Assembly (NCBI GenBank): GCA_965602015.1
Contig: OZ271918.1
Location: forward strand, 1,280,001-1,344,000
Origin: Salinispira sp.
GTDB taxonomy: Bacteria; Spirochaetota; Spirochaetia; DSM-27196; Salinispiraceae
Direction: 5' to 3'
Length of the DNA stretch: 64,000 nucleotides
Shown here: in pieces, positions 39,895 to 49,804 of the stretch
How the letters are laid out: each line of letters begins with the position of its first letter
Numbering within the stretch: the first letter of the stretch is position 1
Program-made: the position numbers and the translations under genes
Notes under the pieces: model-generated
Database searches by the model: none
What the model saw: the letters and a program-made list of their open reading frames with translations, nothing else
Told to the model about the DNA's origin: nothing

Positions 39895-40014
39895 CCCGGT
39901 TTCCCGCTGCTATCCGGAAAATTTGAATATATATTCACCAATTTGTCATTTTTTCTTGCTTTCCCGATCGTTTATGCAAATGTTATGTAAGAGATCATAT
40001 AAAAGGAGAAGTCA

Positions 40015-41025
40015 ATGAGAAAAATCATTGTCGCCGCGGCATTGTTCGCGCTGGTTGTCTCAATGGTTTTCGCCGGCGGTGGAGCCGAAAGCGGAAGCAG
40101 CACTACCTTCGTCACCATAGGTACCGGCGGAGTAACCGGCATCTATTACCCGGTCGGCGGGGCTATCAGCCGGCTTATTAACGCAAAAAGTGCCGAATAC
40201 GGCATCCGTTCATCGGTCGAGTCCACCGCGGGAAGCGTATTCAACATCAACGCCGTAGTCGGCGGGGACCTTGAGTTCGGTATTGCCCAGTCGGACCGTC
40301 AGTTCCAGGCAATTAACGGTTTGGCCGAATGGGAAACCCTGGGAGCCCAGGATACCCTGCGCTCGGTCTTCTCCCTGCACCCCGAATCAGTCACCCTGAT
40401 TGCGTCGGTGGAAAGCGGAATCCAGTCCATTGCCGACCTTGAGGGCAACCGGGTGAATATCGGTACTCCCGGCTCGGGTAACCGGCAGAATGCCGTAGAT
40501 GCCATCGAAGCCTTCGGTCTCGATTTGGCTGATATCACTGTCGAGCAGGTAGGCCCCGTTGAAGCTCCCGGACTCCTACAGGACGGCAGGCTCGACGCGT
40601 TCTTCTACACCGTTGGCCATCCCAACGGCGCCATTACTGAAGCGACAAGCGGTCGTATTCCCGTCCGTATCGTCGATATCTCCGGCGCCCCGATCAGCGC
40701 GCTCATTGCCGACAAGCCCTACTACGGTGTGTCTCGAATTCCTCAGGCCCTGTATCCCCAGGCGGCTAACGAAAACGATGCCACCACCATCGGTGTCGGC
40801 GCGACCCTGGTGACCTCCAGCGACGTTTCCGATGACATCGTCTATGCCCTGGTCAAGGAAGTCTTCGAAAACCTCGACGAGTTCAAGGCACTGCACCCGG
40901 CTCTCGGCGTCATCTCCACCGAAAGCATGCTCGGAGGACTTTCGGCTCCTCTGCATCCCGGCGCCCAGCGCTACTATGAAGAAGCGGGACTTATCGATTT
41001 GATCAATCCCAGCATACTCAACTAG
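40015..41025 (+). CDS. TAXI-family TRAP transporter substrate-binding protein
   Basis: IGTGGVTGIYYPVGGAI, ESTAGSVFNI, GIAQSD, PLHPGAQRYY. Confidence 0.95.
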   Translation: MRKIIVAAALFALVVSMVFAGGGAESGSSTTFVTIGTGGVTGIYYPVGGAISRLINAKSAEYGIRSSVESTAGSVFNINAVVGGDLEFGIAQSDRQFQAINGLAEWETLGAQDTLRSVFSLHPESVTLIASVESGIQSIADLEGNRVNIGTPGSGNRQNAVDAIEAFGLDLADITVEQVGPVEAPGLLQDGRLDAFFYTVGHPNGAITEATSGRIPVRIVDISGAPISALIADKPYYGVSRIPQALYPQAANENDATTIGVGATLVTSSDVSDDIVYALVKEVFENLDEFKALHPALGVISTESMLGGLSAPLHPGAQRYYEEAGLIDLINPSILN

Positions 41026-41057
41026 TTCGTTACTAAGAAACAACAACATGTATTCGG

Positions 41058-41081
41058 CACACGGTCCTTCGGGGCCGTGTG
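41058..41081 (+). terminator. Intergenic cUUCGg hairpin (mRNA stabiliser or partial terminator)
   Basis: CACACGGTCC-TTCG-GGGCCGTGTG between the SBP and permease genes. Confidence 0.55.
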
Positions 41082-41105
41082 ATCGTTTTATTTGGAAGGC
41101 TGGAC

Positions 41106-43193
41106 ATGGATAATAATGATAATACTGATGTGATCGCAGAGTCCCGGCAGAATGACGCTAACGACCAGGCCGAACTGGAGGAGATTCTCCAGCAGGAAGC
41201 CGGCGTTACCCGTTTGTACCGCAGGTTCGACCGCTGGCTTATCCGCTTTATTGCCCTGAGCTGGGCTCTATTTCAGCTGTCGCTTCCCCGCCTTGTGGTG
41301 TTGGACAGCGTTTTTATCCGCTCAATCCACCTGGCGTTTGCCATGGCGCTGGTTTTTCTCGGCGTTCCGGCAACGAGAAAACGCAAAGAAGACATTAAGG
41401 GTCTGCATTCTCTCAAGCACACCCCCGCTATAGATTTTTTCCTGGCTGCCGTCGGCGTGGTGGTCGCCACATATATCGTATGGAACTGGAATAACATCGC
41501 CGCCCGGATGGGCATCCCCACCTCCCTGGATATCATCCTTGGCGTCGTTCTTATCATTCTGCTTCTCGATGCGTCGAGGAGGGGAATCGGCTTGCCCATG
41601 GTAATAATCGCGCTGATATTCACCATGTACGGTTTTTTCGGGCGCTACATGCCCGGAGTCTTTGCATGGCGGGGAATAAGTCTCGGCCGATATATCGGAC
41701 AGACGGTGCTGTCCTCCGAAGGTATCTTCGGCATTCCCCTGGACGTTTCCGCCCGGACAGTCTATCTGTTCGTTCTTTTTGGTGCGTTTCTTGAGCGCTT
41801 TGGAGCGGGAAAGTTTTTCAACGCCGTATCGATTTCCCTGTTGGGCAAATACAAGGGCGGTCCCGCTAAGGCGGCGGTGGTGTCCAGCGGATTTACCGGA
41901 CTGGTCAGCGGTTCGAGCATTGCAAACGTGGTGACCACTGGTACATTCACCATCCCTCTAATGAAAAAAATCGGGTATCCCGGAAAGACCGCTGCGGCCA
42001 CGGAAGTGGCGGCGAGCACCAACGGTCAGCTCATGCCGCCTATTATGGGAGCCGCGGCGTTTATCATTGCCGAATACCTGGGAATCGGCTACCTGGACGT
42101 GGTAAAGGCGGCGATAATTCCCGCAGTGGTGAGCTACATCGCGCTGTTTTACATTACCCACCTTGAAGCCTCAAAACTCGGAATAAAGGGTCTTGCTGCT
42201 GCGGACATTCCAAACTTTGTAAAAACCATGAAAGAGGGTTTTCACCACCTCATTCCCCTTACCATCCTGATATTTGAGCTGGCGGTTATGCGCCGCAGCC
42301 CGAATCTGGCGGTGTTCAACGCCATTTTGTACCTTCTTGGTATCTATATTATCAGGGAAGTTTGGAGCAGCAGCCGCCAAGGCGTAAAGGCCTGGGACAT
42401 TGCCCGCAACATTGTCGGGGAAATCCGCGACGCCCTTATTCAGGGAAGTTTTAATATGATTCCCGTCGCCCTGGCAACGGCCACCGCCGGCATCATCGTG
42501 GGCATCGTCAATCTGGGAATCGGCAGCATGATTGTTCAGATCGTCGAAGTGATATCCCTGGGTAACGTATTTCTCCTGCTGTTCTTCACGGCGTTCTTCT
42601 CGCTTGTCATTGGCATGGGACTTCCGACGACCGCCACCTACATTGTCATGGCCTCTCTCACCGTGCCCATTATCACCCGCCTCGGGGCAAACATGGGCCT
42701 TGTTATCCCCGCCATTGCCGCCCATCTGTTCTGCTTTTACTTCGGTATTCTCGCCGACGATACGCCTCCTGTGGGGCTGGCGGCATATGCCGCCGCGGCC
42801 ATCGCCAAGTCCGACCCCATCCCGACGGGTATCAAGGGTTTTATCTACGATTTGCGAACCGCCCTGATTCCGTTTATGTTCGTGTTTAATCCCCTGATCC
42901 TTCTTGTAGGGGTCAACGATTGGGGCACCGGCCTGCTTATTTTTGCCGCTACCACGGTGGGAACCCTGGCGTTTACCAATGCGGTTCAGGGTTGGGCGCT
43001 GGTGAGAAACAAGTGGTACGAAATCCCGGTTTTTATGGCCGCGGCTTTTTTCCTCTATCTGCCGAATGTGGCCGCCTCGCTGTTTTCCTGGAATACTTCG
43101 ATGTTTCCGTTGTTATACCTTATCGGCGTGGCCATATACGCGTCGGCATTCGGACTGCAAAAGCTGCGGATGCGATCGCCGGCGATTGCCTAA
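41106..43193 (+). CDS. TRAP transporter 4TM/12TM fused permease
   Basis: GGPAKAAVVSS..SGSSIANVVTTGTFTIPLMKK, GQLMPPIMGAAAF, GMGLPTTATY, DDTPPVGLA. Confidence 0.95.
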   Translation: MDNNDNTDVIAESRQNDANDQAELEEILQQEAGVTRLYRRFDRWLIRFIALSWALFQLSLPRLVVLDSVFIRSIHLAFAMALVFLGVPATRKRKEDIKGLHSLKHTPAIDFFLAAVGVVVATYIVWNWNNIAARMGIPTSLDIILGVVLIILLLDASRRGIGLPMVIIALIFTMYGFFGRYMPGVFAWRGISLGRYIGQTVLSSEGIFGIPLDVSARTVYLFVLFGAFLERFGAGKFFNAVSISLLGKYKGGPAKAAVVSSGFTGLVSGSSIANVVTTGTFTIPLMKKIGYPGKTAAATEVAASTNGQLMPPIMGAAAFIIAEYLGIGYLDVVKAAIIPAVVSYIALFYITHLEASKLGIKGLAAADIPNFVKTMKEGFHHLIPLTILIFELAVMRRSPNLAVFNAILYLLGIYIIREVWSSSRQGVKAWDIARNIVGEIRDALIQGSFNMIPVALATATAGIIVGIVNLGIGSMIVQIVEVISLGNVFLLLFFTAFFSLVIGMGLPTTATYIVMASLTVPIITRLGANMGLVIPAIAAHLFCFYFGILADDTPPVGLAAYAAAAIAKSDPIPTGIKGFIYDLRTALIPFMFVFNPLILLVGVNDWGTGLLIFAATTVGTLAFTNAVQGWALVRNKWYEIPVFMAAAFFLYLPNVAASLFSWNTSMFPLLYLIGVAIYASAFGLQKLRMRSPAIA

Positions 43194-43203
43194 GCTCTAC
43201 GTG

Positions 43204-43230
43204 ACCGGGTCCTGTGACCCGGTTTTTTTT
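43204..43230 (+). terminator. Rho-independent terminator
   Basis: ACCGGGTC-CTGT-GACCCGGT followed by a T run. Confidence 0.85.
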
Positions 43231-43244
43231 GCTCACGTTTGAAC

Positions 43245-43308
43245 TTGTGTTCTGGACAAAGGTCGAATATAATCATAAAAGATCATTAAAGATCAGATAT
43301 ATGAACAT
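43245..43308 (+). promoter_or_regulatory. Putative promoter and GlpR/DeoR operator repeats of the glycerol operon
   Basis: TTGTGT-17 bp-TATAAT followed by 10-bp-phased (A/G)ATCA repeats; the same CATAAAAGATCA motif occurs within 51234-51250 (minus strand). Confidence 0.55.
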
Positions 43309-43359
43309 TTTTGTCCATATCCTCAAACTTTCATGTCAGCAGTCCCAAGGCGGCAAAAA

Positions 43360-46131
43360 ATGAACACTGGAAAAACAGAGCAATACGACGTGGCGATTAT
43401 CGGCGCCGGGGTAGTGGGGGCGGCAATAGCTCGCCGCCTGTCACTGTACGAACTCAAAGTCGCCCTGGTGGAAAAGGAGGCCGACGTTTCGTTCGGCACT
43501 TCAAAGGCGAACTCGGGCATTATTCACGGCGGCTTCCACCACAACGGTGAATATCTGAAGGCAAGACTGGAAATACAGGGCAATGCCATGTTTTCCCAGC
43601 TGCACCGGGAACTGGGATTTCCCTTTCGCCGAAGCGGTATTGTGGTGGCGGCATTTACTCCCGAACAGTTGGCGACGGCGGAACACCTGTACCGTCAGGG
43701 GGTTGAAAACGAGTCCCCGGGAATAGAGCTGTGCGGTGAGGCCCGAATCAAGGGACTTGAAAACAAATTGCACCCCGATGTAATCGGCGGGTTGTACGCC
43801 CCGGTGGGTGGAATAATCGAACCATACCGCTTCGTGTTCTCTTTGGCGGAAAGCGCACAGCAGAACGGGGTGGAGCTATATCGGAATTTCGAACTAAAGG
43901 AAGGACGGGCGGGAGCCGGAGGCGGCTTCACCCTTATTGCCGAAGACGGTAGATCAATCAGGGCCGATTTCGCGGTGAATGCCGCCGGCCTGTTTGCAGA
44001 CGAGGTGAGCGCCCGCTTTGCCGCCGAACAGTACCATATTACCCCCCGCAAGGGGGAATATCACCTCCTTGACCGGCGAACCCCGGCCTGCCCCCAAAAA
44101 GTAGTATTTCCCGTCCCAAGCAGCATTTCCAAGGGCATGCTGGTAATACCCACCGTCGAGGGTACGGTGCTCATCGGACCCACCGCCGATGACCTGGAAG
44201 ACAAGGAAGATCTGCGCACCACCCGTGATAAGATGGATGCCATTGTCGCCTCGGCCCAGCAGCTCGTACCGTCGGTTTCGGCTGTCGATATTATTTCATC
44301 CTTCAGCGGGCTTCGGCCCGCCCTGGACGGCAATGATTTTATGATCGAGGAATCGGTTAAGGTTCCGGGATTTATTCATGTCTCGGGCATTCAGAGCCCG
44401 GGTTTAACGGCCACACCGGCCATAGCCGAATACGTCAAGGACATCCTCAAGAGCGCCGGCTGCGAGCTTACCGAAAAGAAGAAATTCTTCCCCAACTTGC
44501 CGGCGGTTGAGCGCACCCGGGAAATGCCCCCCGGGCGACTTGCTGATGTGTGGAACGACGATCAGCGCTGCGGCGACATTGTCTGCCGCTGCGAAACCGT
44601 CAGCCGGAAAGAAATAGAGGACGCCATTTCCGCCGGTCACAAGACCCTGGACGGCATCAAGTTCTCAAGCCGGGCCGGCGCCGGGAGATGCCAGGGCGCG
44701 TTTTGCACGCCGAGGCTGCTGGACCTGCTGGCCGCCGGAGATGACGGCGACCCCGTCAAGGTGACCAAACGGGGCGGGGGCAGCGAAGTTCTCACCGGTA
44801 TGCTTCCCGGGGTGGAGAAAAAAACCCGCGCAGCACAGAATCCGCAAAAGAGCGAAACTGCAATCTCTCAGGGAACCGGAAAAATCGACAAGCTTCCGGC
44901 GGCGGTGGACTTGCTGGTTATCGGCGCGGGAGCCGCCGGTATGGCCAGCGCTTCTACCGTCAGCCAGGCGGGGTTTACCAGCCTGGTGGTGGACCGGGAA
45001 GCCCATGTCGGCGGAGTCCTCCGCCAGTGTATACACAACGGATTCGGCATCCATGAATTCAATGAGGAGTTGACCGGTCCGGAGTACGCCGAGCGATGGG
45101 GGCGCAAGCTCGCTGACTCGGGAGCTTCGTCGCTGTTGAACACCACTGTTCTGGGAATTTCCCGGGATGACGAGGGTTTTGCGGTACGCATGCTTTCCCG
45201 GGAACGGGGACCCTTTGAAGTCCGCAGCAGGGCTATCTCACTGGCGATGGGAAGCCGGGAACGCAACCGGGGCGGCATTCAAATTCCCGGCAGCCGGCCG
45301 GCCGGGGTGATGACCGCCGGTTCAGCCCAACGGCTGATTAACATTGACGGGTACATTCCGGGCAGACGGGCGGTCATCATCGGCAGCGGCGACATCGGCC
45401 TGATAATGGCCCGGCGTTTAAAGCTCATCGGGTGCGATGTGGCTGCGGTCATCGAAATTCAACCGGTGCCCTCGGGTATAAACCGGAATATTGTTCAGTG
45501 CCTCGAAGATTTTTCCATTCCCCTGTATTTGGGGCATGTTGTCAACGAAATCCGCGGGAAGCACCGGGTCAGCGGGGTGAGCGTTGCGCCTTTAAAGAAC
45601 GGGGTCCCCCAGGTATCTAAAAGCTTCGACATAGACTGCGATAGCGTCCTTCTTTCCGTCGGGCTTATTCCGGAAAACGAATTGTCAAGGGAGCTGGGAG
45701 TTGATCTCCACCGCCAGACCGCCGGCCCGATGGTGGATTCCCGGCTGATGACCAGCATTCCCGGGGTTTTTGCCTCGGGGAATGTGCTGCACATTCACGA
45801 CCTGGTTGATTATGTGGCGGAAGAAAGCGTCCGTTGCGGCCAGTCCATAGTCTCGTATCTTAAGGGCGAATCGCCGGCTCCGGAATTCACTCTTCAGCCC
45901 GGTAGCAATGTGCGCTATCTGGCACCGGGCAAAATTACAACTAACACAAAAAGCCGGGTGTACATGAGGTCAATGGTCTCCAAGCTCTCCGCCAAGGTTG
46001 AAGTCAGGCAGGACGGCGAACTCATCAAAAAATTCTCACGGCCCCATGTCCAACCCTCTGAAATGATCAGCATCGATCTGGACGGCTCGGATTTTTCCGG
46101 AAATAGCGAAGTGGAGGTATCCATCGTATGA
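43360..46131 (+). CDS. Fused FAD-dependent glycerol-3-phosphate dehydrogenase-like (GlpA/LhgO + BFD 2Fe-2S) and pyridine nucleotide-disulfide oxidoreductase
   Basis: GAGVVG..GTSKANSGIIHGG, GIQSPGLT, VCRCE..GRCQGAFC; second module GAGAAG..GGVLRQCIHNGFG..LTGPEYA, IGSGDIGLIMARR. Confidence 0.9.
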   Translation: MNTGKTEQYDVAIIGAGVVGAAIARRLSLYELKVALVEKEADVSFGTSKANSGIIHGGFHHNGEYLKARLEIQGNAMFSQLHRELGFPFRRSGIVVAAFTPEQLATAEHLYRQGVENESPGIELCGEARIKGLENKLHPDVIGGLYAPVGGIIEPYRFVFSLAESAQQNGVELYRNFELKEGRAGAGGGFTLIAEDGRSIRADFAVNAAGLFADEVSARFAAEQYHITPRKGEYHLLDRRTPACPQKVVFPVPSSISKGMLVIPTVEGTVLIGPTADDLEDKEDLRTTRDKMDAIVASAQQLVPSVSAVDIISSFSGLRPALDGNDFMIEESVKVPGFIHVSGIQSPGLTATPAIAEYVKDILKSAGCELTEKKKFFPNLPAVERTREMPPGRLADVWNDDQRCGDIVCRCETVSRKEIEDAISAGHKTLDGIKFSSRAGAGRCQGAFCTPRLLDLLAAGDDGDPVKVTKRGGGSEVLTGMLPGVEKKTRAAQNPQKSETAISQGTGKIDKLPAAVDLLVIGAGAAGMASASTVSQAGFTSLVVDREAHVGGVLRQCIHNGFGIHEFNEELTGPEYAERWGRKLADSGASSLLNTTVLGISRDDEGFAVRMLSRERGPFEVRSRAISLAMGSRERNRGGIQIPGSRPAGVMTAGSAQRLINIDGYIPGRRAVIIGSGDIGLIMARRLKLIGCDVAAVIEIQPVPSGINRNIVQCLEDFSIPLYLGHVVNEIRGKHRVSGVSVAPLKNGVPQVSKSFDIDCDSVLLSVGLIPENELSRELGVDLHRQTAGPMVDSRLMTSIPGVFASGNVLHIHDLVDYVAEESVRCGQSIVSYLKGESPAPEFTLQPGSNVRYLAPGKITTNTKSRVYMRSMVSKLSAKVEVRQDGELIKKFSRPHVQPSEMISIDLDGSDFSGNSEVEVSIV

Positions 46132-46535
46132 TTCCCGAGCACCAAAAACTGATAAAAAAGCGGAGCGCCGGAGGCGAACTGACCTGCATTATTTGCCCCA
46201 TCGGCTGCCGGATGACGGTTCAGCAAGCGGAGAAGGACGGAGCCCTGAAAATAGAGGGAAACCGCTGCAAACGGGGGGTCGCCTATGCACAGGAGGAGTT
46301 CAGCGATCCCCGGCGGATAGTCACCGCAACCTGCAGCCTCGATAATGCGGCGATCCGCCGGCTACCGGTAAAAAGCTCTGCCGGAGTTCCCATCGATATG
46401 ATACCCGCCTTCCTGAATGAACTGTACGCCCTGCGCATTAGCGCACCGGTCAGAGCCGGGCAGATATTATCATCCAATCTGGCGGGAAGCGGGGCCGACC
46501 TCATTGCGGGGGTCTCGGTGGACCCAGAGAAATAA
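46128..46535 (+). CDS. DUF1667 CxxC protein (glycerol-cluster small subunit)
   Basis: TCIICPIGC..GNRCKRG..YAQEE..PRRIVT..LPVKS. Confidence 0.9.
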   Translation: MIPEHQKLIKKRSAGGELTCIICPIGCRMTVQQAEKDGALKIEGNRCKRGVAYAQEEFSDPRRIVTATCSLDNAAIRRLPVKSSAGVPIDMIPAFLNELYALRISAPVRAGQILSSNLAGSGADLIAGVSVDPEK

Positions 46536-46688
46536 CCGCTGGCTCAGGAGTTTCGCCGCGGCCTGAAATCTGCGGCGTGCGCTGTCGGATATGGCCGGAA
46601 AATCGAGCGTTCAACAAGCTTCGGGGCACTGCACAAGGAATACGCAACAGGGATTATAATACAAGACAGGATAAAGGGAGGATATACC

Positions 46689-48203
46689 ATGTACATCATT
46701 GCACTGGATCAGGGAACCACCAGTTCACGGGCGATAGTCTTCAACCAGCGGGGTGAAATCTGCTCCATGGCGCAGCGGGAGTTTACCCAAATCTACCCCA
46801 AGCCCGGCTGGGTGGAACATGATCCCCGGGAGATCTGGTCTTCCCAGGAAGAAGTGCTACATGCGGCAGTCAGCAAGGGCGGTATTTCCCCCGATGAAAT
46901 CCAGGCGATCGGCATAACAAATCAGCGGGAAACCACCATACTCTGGAACAAAAAGACCGGCGAACCGGTGCACAACGCCATTGTCTGGCAGTGCCGGAGA
47001 ACCGCCGCCATATCCAAGGAACTGCGTGATGCGGGATACAGCGGGGTTGTGGCCGATAAAACCGGACTTCTCCTGGATCCGTACTTCAGCGGCACCAAGG
47101 TGAAATGGTTGCTTGAGAATGTTCCGCAGGCTAAAAAGCTTGCGGATTCCGGAGACCTTGCATTCGGGACCGTCGATACCTGGCTGCTGTGGAACCTCAC
47201 CAGGGGAGAGGTTCACGCAACCGATGTCACCAATGCAGCCCGCACCATGATGTTCAACATTCATACCCTCGCTTGGGATGACGAGCTTCTGACCATGCTC
47301 GGAGTTCCCCGCGGCATTCTCCCGAAGGTCGTACCCAGCAGCGGCGTAATCGGCCATACAAAAATTCTGGGGGGGCGGAGCATTCCGGTGGCGGGAATTG
47401 CCGGAGACCAGCATGCGGCCCTTTTCGGCCAGGCTTGTTTTACCCCGGGAATGGTAAAAAATACCTACGGTACCGGGTGTTTCCTTCTGGCGAACAGCGG
47501 CGGGAAGGCGGTGGCCAGCGCCAACCGGCTTCTGAGTACTCCCGGCTGGACCCTCAGCGAGGGGAAAGCCGAAGTACAGCCGGGTAAAACCAGCTATGCC
47601 ATAGAAGGAAGTATTTTTATCGGCGGAGCAGCGGTTCAATGGCTGCGGGACTCTCTTAAGCTCGTGGCCAATGCTCCGGAAAGCGAACTGTTCGCCACCC
47701 AGGAAAAGGATTCCGGCGGAGTTTACGTGGTGCCGGCTTTTGTGGGCCTTGGCGCCCCCCATTGGGACAGCTATGCCCGGGGCGGAATGTTCGGCCTGAC
47801 CGCCGGGTCCAACCGCAATCATATAATCAGGGCCACCCTGGAATCCATTGCCTACCAAAGCCGTGACGTTGTCGAAGCCATGCTCAAGGACGGCCTGGAA
47901 GGCGAGGGTCTCGTGGCTATACGGGTTGACGGCGGCGCGAGCAACAACAATTTCCTCATGCAGTTTCAGGCCGATATTCTCGGCATCCCGGTGGAACGGC
48001 CCAAGGTCTCTGAGACTACCGCTCTGGGGGCAGCCTACCTGGCGGGACTGGGCACCGGCATGTGGAACAGTCTCGAGCAAATTGACGGAATTTGGCAGAT
48101 CGACCGCCGTTTTGAGCCCTCCATGAATGAAGACCAGCGGGAAAGCCTCTATTCCGGCTGGCAGGAAGCGGTTCGCCGGGTCATGGGCTGGGAAAGCCCG
48201 TAA
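46689..48203 (+). CDS. glpK: Glycerol kinase
   Basis: [50 protein letters not shown]. Confidence 0.97.
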   Translation: MYIIALDQGTTSSRAIVFNQRGEICSMAQREFTQIYPKPGWVEHDPREIWSSQEEVLHAAVSKGGISPDEIQAIGITNQRETTILWNKKTGEPVHNAIVWQCRRTAAISKELRDAGYSGVVADKTGLLLDPYFSGTKVKWLLENVPQAKKLADSGDLAFGTVDTWLLWNLTRGEVHATDVTNAARTMMFNIHTLAWDDELLTMLGVPRGILPKVVPSSGVIGHTKILGGRSIPVAGIAGDQHAALFGQACFTPGMVKNTYGTGCFLLANSGGKAVASANRLLSTPGWTLSEGKAEVQPGKTSYAIEGSIFIGGAAVQWLRDSLKLVANAPESELFATQEKDSGGVYVVPAFVGLGAPHWDSYARGGMFGLTAGSNRNHIIRATLESIAYQSRDVVEAMLKDGLEGEGLVAIRVDGGASNNNFLMQFQADILGIPVERPKVSETTALGAAYLAGLGTGMWNSLEQIDGIWQIDRRFEPSMNEDQRESLYSGWQEAVRRVMGWESP

Positions 48204-48263
48204 TGATGCAAAATCCTCCTCTTCCCGCCGGTCTGTACTATAATAGGCAGAGGAGGTATTCCG

Positions 48264-49763
48264 ATGGAAACACCGGGAGATTTCAGGGGTGATTTTCAGC
48301 GACTCGTGGAAAACAGCCGCGACATGATATCTATTCATGATCCTCCGGGCCGCTATGTGTACGTGAATCCCGCATCACGAGAAATAACCGGATACGAGCC
48401 ATCAGAACTGATCGGCCGGGAGCCGTATCAGTTTTTCCACCCTGATGACAGGGAGGCGATTTCCTCCGAATCCCATGAACCCGCCAAGCTCGGGGACGAC
48501 ACGGTTCGCATCCGCTACCGGTTCTGCCATAAAGACGGAAATTATATTTGGCTCGATACCTTGACCCGCCCAATAACAGATGATGAGGACAGGGTTATAC
48601 GCCTTCATGCTACCAGCCGTGACGTAACCGAGTCTGTTCTCCGGGAGCAGGAGCTTGACGAGCAGAGGAAGCTTCTGCAGATGGGGCAAAAACTCTCGGG
48701 GCTCGGTTCCTGGGAGGTGAATCTCAGTGATTTTTCCGTGGTGTGGAACGAGGGGATTCGGCGCATTCATGATATCGAGGATGACCGCAAGCTCACCGTT
48801 GAAGATGTGCTGAATTTCTACGTGGGGGAGAGTAAAAAAATAGCTGAGGACAGGCTTCAGGAGCTCCTGGCGGATTCGCCGCGCTTTGACGAACGGCTGA
48901 TGGTGCGCACTCTCAAAGGCCGGGAGATTTGGGTGCGGGTAATCGGAGAAGTTCAATATGTCGCCGGAAAGCCCGCAAAGGTGTACGGAATCTGCCAGGA
49001 TGTGGACAAGCAATACCGCCATCAGCGCGAACTGCAGCAGATGGTCGACCGGCTCTCCCGGCGCCGCAAGCAGGTTACGGACATCAGCCGTATGCTCGGC
49101 CATAACATCAAGGGGACCATCGGCAATATCAATATGCTGATGGGAATCATAACCGAGACGACAGATGCCAAAATTCACGGAATGTTGAAAAAAAACATCG
49201 ACATGGTGTTCGAGACCCTGGATTCAATGGCCGAACTGATTAAAGACGTCGATGCGGTTGCCGATCCGAACGCCGTCGCCCATGTTCCATCAAGCTATAA
49301 CAAGGCCGTAGAGGGTCTCATTCCTGCCATCAGGGAAGTCGGCGGTGAACTGAGCGCGGACTTCTCCGGCATCGAGAATATAAAGTATCCCGCCCTGTAC
49401 CTCGAGAGCATCTTTTATAATTTTATTAGCAACGCGGTGAAATACCGGGACCACGATAAAACCCTGAAAATTGTGGTGACCTTGGCAGTTGATTCCCAGT
49501 CTCTCGTTCTAATTTTCGCAGATAACGGCCTGGGGATTGATCTCGCGCGCTTCGGCTCCCGGCTTTTTGGGCTTAACCAGCGCTTTCACACCGCATCCCA
49601 GGGATTTGACCGGGAAATAGAGGGAAGCGGAATCGGCCTGTTCCTGTGTAAGCGTCAGATCGAGTCGTTGGGCGGGGAGATTTCCGTGGAAAGCGCAGTG
49701 GGCCAGGGGACGGCTTTCACCATACGCCTGGGGTCAGCAGAAGAGCTGGTTGTTGCTGGCTAA
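48264..49763 (+). CDS. PAS sensor histidine kinase (atypical H-box)
   Basis: FHPDD PAS, LGHNIKG, NFISNAVKY, DNGLGI, GSGIGL. Confidence 0.88.
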   Translation: METPGDFRGDFQRLVENSRDMISIHDPPGRYVYVNPASREITGYEPSELIGREPYQFFHPDDREAISSESHEPAKLGDDTVRIRYRFCHKDGNYIWLDTLTRPITDDEDRVIRLHATSRDVTESVLREQELDEQRKLLQMGQKLSGLGSWEVNLSDFSVVWNEGIRRIHDIEDDRKLTVEDVLNFYVGESKKIAEDRLQELLADSPRFDERLMVRTLKGREIWVRVIGEVQYVAGKPAKVYGICQDVDKQYRHQRELQQMVDRLSRRRKQVTDISRMLGHNIKGTIGNINMLMGIITETTDAKIHGMLKKNIDMVFETLDSMAELIKDVDAVADPNAVAHVPSSYNKAVEGLIPAIREVGGELSADFSGIENIKYPALYLESIFYNFISNAVKYRDHDKTLKIVVTLAVDSQSLVLIFADNGLGIDLARFGSRLFGLNQRFHTASQGFDREIEGSGIGLFLCKRQIESLGGEISVESAVGQGTAFTIRLGSAEELVVAG

Positions 49764-49804
49764 AGCTAGCTAAGTATAAAGCGCAGCAAAAATGATATTT
49801 TCCC

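Noticed and set aside
46857..48338. 493-aa antisense ORF (and similar shadows such as 48402-49178 and 52306-52995)
   Set aside because: They lie antisense to well-supported genes such as glpK and carry no motifs.
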